Shown here one piece after another: positions 19,420 through 23,201 of a DNA stretch of 23,201 bases; within the stretch, counting starts at the first letter, position 1, and the number at the start of each line of letters is the position of its first letter. The translations under genes and the position numbers were made by a program. Location of the stretch: NCBI GenBank assembly GCA_963822585.1, contig CAWGIE010000030.1, forward strand, positions 1-23,201, given 5' to 3'. The stretch is from an uncultured bacterium. Lineage in GTDB: Bacteria > Auribacterota > Erginobacteria > Erginobacterales > Erginobacteraceae. Under the pieces are notes generated by a model. That model did no database searches and was not told where the DNA came from. It saw only the letters and a program-made list of their open reading frames with translations.

Positions 19420-19812
19420 TTGCTGATAATGAAGGACAAATTTGATGACGGCACCTATGAAATTATTGGTGCGGCAATGGAAGTCCATAAAAAATTAGGT
19501 CCTGGTTTTTTGGAGGCTGTGTATCAGGCGGCATTTGCCATGGAATTATCCGAACGAGGAATTCCGTTTGAAAGAGAAATTGATATACCGGTCGCATATA
19601 AAGGCAAACAGACAAATAAACATTATCGAGTTGACTTCATATGCGGTGACAAGATGGTGGAGTTGAAAGCATTGAAACAATTATCGGGATTGGAACGTGC
19701 GATTATGATCAATTATCTCAAAAACAGTGCTTATCAGGTAGGTTTGTTATTTAATTTTGGTGGAATTTCTCTCGAATATGAAAGATTTGTGGATACAAAG
19801 AAGAGGAAATAA
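19420..19812 (+). CDS. GxxExxY protein, copy 2; start may be the ATG at 19429
   Basis: TYEIIGAAMEVHKKLGPGFLEAVYQAA; YRVDFIC; VELKAL; INYLK......GLLFNFG..SLEYERFV. Confidence 0.93.
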   Translation: MLIMKDKFDDGTYEIIGAAMEVHKKLGPGFLEAVYQAAFAMELSERGIPFEREIDIPVAYKGKQTNKHYRVDFICGDKMVELKALKQLSGLERAIMINYLKNSAYQVGLLFNFGGISLEYERFVDTKKRK

Positions 19813-19877
19813 TTTGCGAAATTCTGTTTTATAATACTCATTGTAGATAATAATAATATTATAGATTAGTAAGGAGA

Positions 19878-21158
19878 ATGGTCATGGTTGAGGATAAAAT
19901 TCGCGGAATTCGCAGTTTGAGGTTTGTCATGGTTGGGCATGTTGACCACGGGAAATCGACCCTTATCGGGCGGCTCCTCTACGATACGGAATCGCTTGCC
20001 CGGATAAACTGGAAGAGATCAAGATAGCCTCCCGGGAACAGGGCAGAGACGTGGAATTCGCTTACGTGATGGATCACCTGGAAGAGGAGCGGAGCAGGAA
20101 CATCACCATCGATACCGCGCAGACGTTCTTCCGGACACCCCGCAGGGAGTATGTGATTATCGACGCCCCCGGCCATAAGGAGTTCCTCAAGAACATGATC
20201 ACCGGTGCCTCCCAGGCGGAAGCGGCGGTCCTGATCGTTGACGCCGCCGAGGGGGTGCGGGAGCAGACTCAGCGCCATGCCTTCATGCTCGAAATGCTCG
20301 GCCTCGAGCAGCTGATCGTGGTGGTCAACAAAATGGACTCAATAAAATTCTCCGAGGAAAGATTCAACAGCGTCAGGAAGAACCTGGTAAATTTTTTGTC
20401 TAAAGTTAATTTACAGCCAAAATACGTGATTCCTATCTCGGCAAAAAAAGGCGACAACGTTTCAAACCGGTCGAAGAATATGGACTGGTACGAGGGGGTC
20501 ACGTTTCTCGAAGCTCTTGATTCATTTATAAACCTGCCTTCTTCGGAAAAAAAGCCGATGCGATTCCCCGTTCAACTGGTTCGTGAGATCGGCGGAGAGC
20601 CCGTGATCATGGGGAGAGTTGAAGCCGGTATCCTTCGAAAAGACAAAGAAGTCGTTTTGCTGCCGGCCGGGGCTAAAGGGACCGTGAAGACGATTAAAGA
20701 ATTCGGGAAAGCGGGAAAAGAGGCCGCCGAGGCCGGGGAGTCAACCGGCATTGTGATTAATTCCGACTACATCCCTCAAAGAGGCGATGTCGCGGCGTAT
20801 CCGGGCGAAGAACCGCCGGTCACCGACCGGTTCAAGGCCAGCGTCTTCTGGATGTCCCCGGTCCCCTTCAGCATCGATGAAGCGATACTCCTTCGCGTTG
20901 CCACCGAGGAAGTCCCCTGCCGGGTCGAGAAAATCCTGGAACGGATTGATTCATCCACCCTTGAGGTGCTGGAAGAAAACGCTTCGGTGATAAACGATAC
21001 CGAGGTCGGCGAGGTGATTATTAAGACCGATCGTCCCCTGGTGGTCGAATCTTTTCAAGGCCAGGGAACTCGGCCGCTTTGTTTTAGTCCGCGCCAACGA
21101 CGTTGTCGCCGGCGGCATCATCGCCCATCAATTAACCCGCGGTGCTCATTTAAAGTAA
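19878..21158 (+). CDS. cysN: Sulfate adenylyltransferase subunit 1 (EF-Tu-like GTPase, no APS-kinase domain); frameshifts near 20000 and 21060
   Basis: RBS AAGGAG then ATG at 19878; [72 protein letters not shown]. The corrected end reads ELGRFVL....VVAGGII...LK* with the stop at 21156-21158. Confidence 0.9.
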
Positions 21159-21418
21159 CACAGACATTCCTGTCTGTGCGCCCAGTGTGACACAGACATT
21201 CCTGTCTGTGCGCCCGTGTGACACAGACATTCCTGTCTGTGAGCCCAAAGTAACACAGACATTCCTGTCTGTGCGCCCAAAGTAACACAGACATTCCTGT
21301 CTGTGAGCCCAAAGTAACACAGACATTCCTGTCTGTGAGCCCAAGGTAACACAGACATTCCTGTCTGTGAGCCCAAAGTAACACAGACATTCCTGTCTGT
21401 GAGCCCAAAGTAACACAG
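21152..21418 (+). repeat. REP-like 32-bp tandem array, left part (eight full units plus the first half of the ninth)
   Basis: Unit CCCAAAGTAACACAGACATTCCTGTCTGTGAG: GTAA/GTGA followed by the hairpin CACAGACA-TTCC-TGTCTGTG. Confidence 0.92.
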
Positions 21419-21516
21419 TTAATATGAAAGCCGTTCCTCCTTGGAGATGATAAAATCATCTCAATCGATAACCTGTAGCAATCGATACCTCTGAGAAGAG
21501 GAAAGGAGGAACGGCC

Positions 21517-22611
21517 ATGGGTAAGTGTAGAAGAAAGATCAAAAAAGGCAAGAGCATTAATCTATCTGCTCTTGGGGTGACGGCAGCCGATAACGTTTAC
21601 GTTGGTCTCGATGTTCACAAGAGATCAATTCACGTTGGTGTGCTGGTCAACGAGGACCCGGTCACAACATTTCTCATCCCACCTGATCATTCCAAGGCAA
21701 TCGATTTTCTCCCGGCCTCTGGAGTCCGGGCTGATAAAGGTTGTTTATGAGGCAGGACCTACGGGCTATGGTCTGGCCAGGGATTTCCAGGAGATAGACT
21801 GGCCGATTGAAGTTGTTGCTCCAGGTAAAATTCCTCGGCCGCCTAATCGAGGGAGCAAATCTGACAGGCTCGATTGTATCCAGTTGGCGCAGTTTGCGGG
21901 GGATAAAAATAAGCTGCGAAAAGTGGAAATCCCTACCGAACAGGAGGAATGGGATCGACAAATAACCCGACTGCGCGCGCAAATCAAGAAGAAGGAGAAA
22001 CGGGTAAAGCAGCAGATCAAAAGTCTTCTGATGCAGTATGGGAGTAAAGAACCTCCGGGCATTTCCAATTGGAGCCGATATGGGATCAAGGCTTTGTCGG
22101 GATTGGAAGTACACCCTGATTTGAGATTTGCGTCGATTCATTAGTGGTAGAGTTGGAATGCCTGATCAGGGAGCGGGAAAAAACCGAAAATAGAATCAAG
22201 CAGAAGGCGGGAGAAGAGCTGTTCGCGAAAAATAAGGCGCTTCTTCCAGACCCATCCGGGAGTAGGGCTGCTGACGGCAATGGGTTTTCTCACGGAGGTA
22301 TACCAGCCGGAACGATTCAGTGACGAGACCCAGGTTGCCAAGTATCTGGGTCTTGCGCCTGGTGTACAGCAAAGCGGAGAAAAAAGAAGCCCGGGCCGCT
22401 GCTCAAGGCTGGTCAGGGAGCGCTGCGTTGCTTGCTGATTCAGGCTGCCTGGAACTGGGTCGGCAGGGATCCCCGGGCGGCGGCGATTTATAAAAGGTTA
22501 TTGCGCAATACGGGTTGCGCTCAGAAGGCGATCGTCGGAGTTGCTCGTCGGATGGGTATAAATCTGTGGTGGATGTTGTTAAGAGGTGAAGAGTATAGGA
22601 CCGCTGCGTGA
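21517..22611 (+). CDS. IS110-family transposase/recombinase (several frameshifts)
   Basis: RBS AGGAGG; DEDD RuvC-like domain (YVGLDVHK, VYEAGPTGY, KSDRLD); C-terminal domain THPGVG and YLGLAPGVQQSG (catalytic Ser), LR.LLIQAAW, KAIVGVARR; stop at 22609-22611. Confidence 0.9.
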
Positions 22612-22873
22612 GCCGGCAACTATGATAAATCGTCGACCCTGTTTGAGAAGATTTTCATCTCCGGAAAAAACTGATATGTTGCGATGAAAAGGCTCCGGGG
22701 ACAAAGGATGACCACGAGGAATGTCGGTGCTTCGAGCACGACCTACACAGTTTGTTGGCTCCTTGATTTATTCCTCTATCGAACTAGATACCTTGTGCCG
22801 TAGAGCACGTATAGCAGACTGACGCCTTTGCTATGGCAGCATGAAGTTTTTTCTTTGAGTGATGGCTTCATAG
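22612..22873 (+). ncRNA. Putative bridge/seek RNA region of the IS1111-type element
   Basis: Contains AGGAATGTC (22717-22725; reverse complement of target GACATTCCT), hairpin GTGC-TTCGA-GCAC, then ACACAG (22745-22750; target left half plus core). A second GTGC..GCAC hairpin is followed by ATAGCAG (22811-22817; IS right end plus core). Confidence 0.7.
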
Positions 22874-22983
22874 CAGACATTCCTGTCTGTGAGCCCAAAG
22901 TAACACAGACATTCCTGTCTGTGTGCCCAAAGTAACACAGACATTCCTGTCTGTGAGCCCAAGGTAACACAGACATTCCCTGT
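22874..22983 (+). repeat. REP-like 32-bp tandem array, right part (second half of the ninth unit, two full units, one degenerate unit)
   Basis: Same unit as 21152-21418, resuming in register after the IS. Confidence 0.9.
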
Positions 22984-23201
22984 TATGAGTAAACCGCCCC
23001 GCCAGTGATGCCAATTTCAATAACCTGTTCCCCAATGCTCTGATCTGTGATAGTATAATGTGTTGCCGTTCCCCTTTGGTTCGTACCCTTCGACTTTGTC
23101 CAGGGCTTTCGGCCTGGCTGTAACCTCCGCCATTGCATGCGAATGTTGCGGGCACTCATCTCAATCATCATAAAAGGGGCCGAGGTGGAGGAACAGAGAA
23201 A

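Larger units (their letters stand above)
21419..22873 (+). mobile_element. IS110-family insertion sequence, IS1111 subgroup (1455 bp), flanked on both sides by the core CAG
   Basis: Interrupts one REP unit: GTAACA-CAG[TTAATATG...CTTCATAG]CAG-ACATTCC. Subterminal inverted repeats TATGAAAGCCGT (21423-21434) and ATGGCTTCATA (22862-22872). Long 3' non-coding end. Confidence 0.92.

Noticed and set aside
18960..21065. Frameshifts in cysD and cysN (also in the glycosyltransferase, giant protein and transposase) as programmed frameshifting or true pseudogenisation
   Set aside because: Those I could localise are mostly single-base indels in homopolymers (e.g. C-run 18962-18966, T-run 9627-9631) in otherwise well-conserved genes, the typical long-read error pattern. 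Read polishing would decide.
21152..21418. 32-bp array as a CRISPR array
   Set aside because: Units are contiguous with no unique spacers, no cas genes are present, and the unit has REP architecture.
21118..21459. Minus-strand repetitive ORFs ([10 protein letters not shown]...), also at 22776-23155
   Set aside because: Translations of the REP array.
22983..23171. 62-aa minus-strand ORF at the right edge
   Set aside because: Short, with no recognisable motif or clear RBS.

Overview
GC-rich bacterial window, probably from an unpolished long-read assembly, since several conserved genes are broken by single-base indels in homopolymers. The left 7.6 kb (minus strand) is one giant secreted parallel beta-helix repeat protein that runs off the window edge. 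The plus strand carries a surface-polysaccharide locus: GT-C/ArnT-like glycosyltransferase, TPR-Wza-like export protein, chain-length determinant, CpsD/CapB tyrosine kinase, RfbE-like epimerase, cysD and cysN. Two AT-rich GxxExxY genes sit between operon genes, each bracketed by inverted copies of its own triplet motif. An IS110-family (IS1111-type) element is inserted precisely into a 32-bp REP-like tandem array, and its 3' non-coding end contains sequences matching the target, as expected for a bridge/seek RNA. The most unusual signal is three intergenic arrays of ~58-bp period. In each, a conserved G-rich repeat (AAAAGGGGCCGAGGTAGRGG) alternates with spacers that are triplet motifs, including the motif families flanking the two GxxExxY genes.
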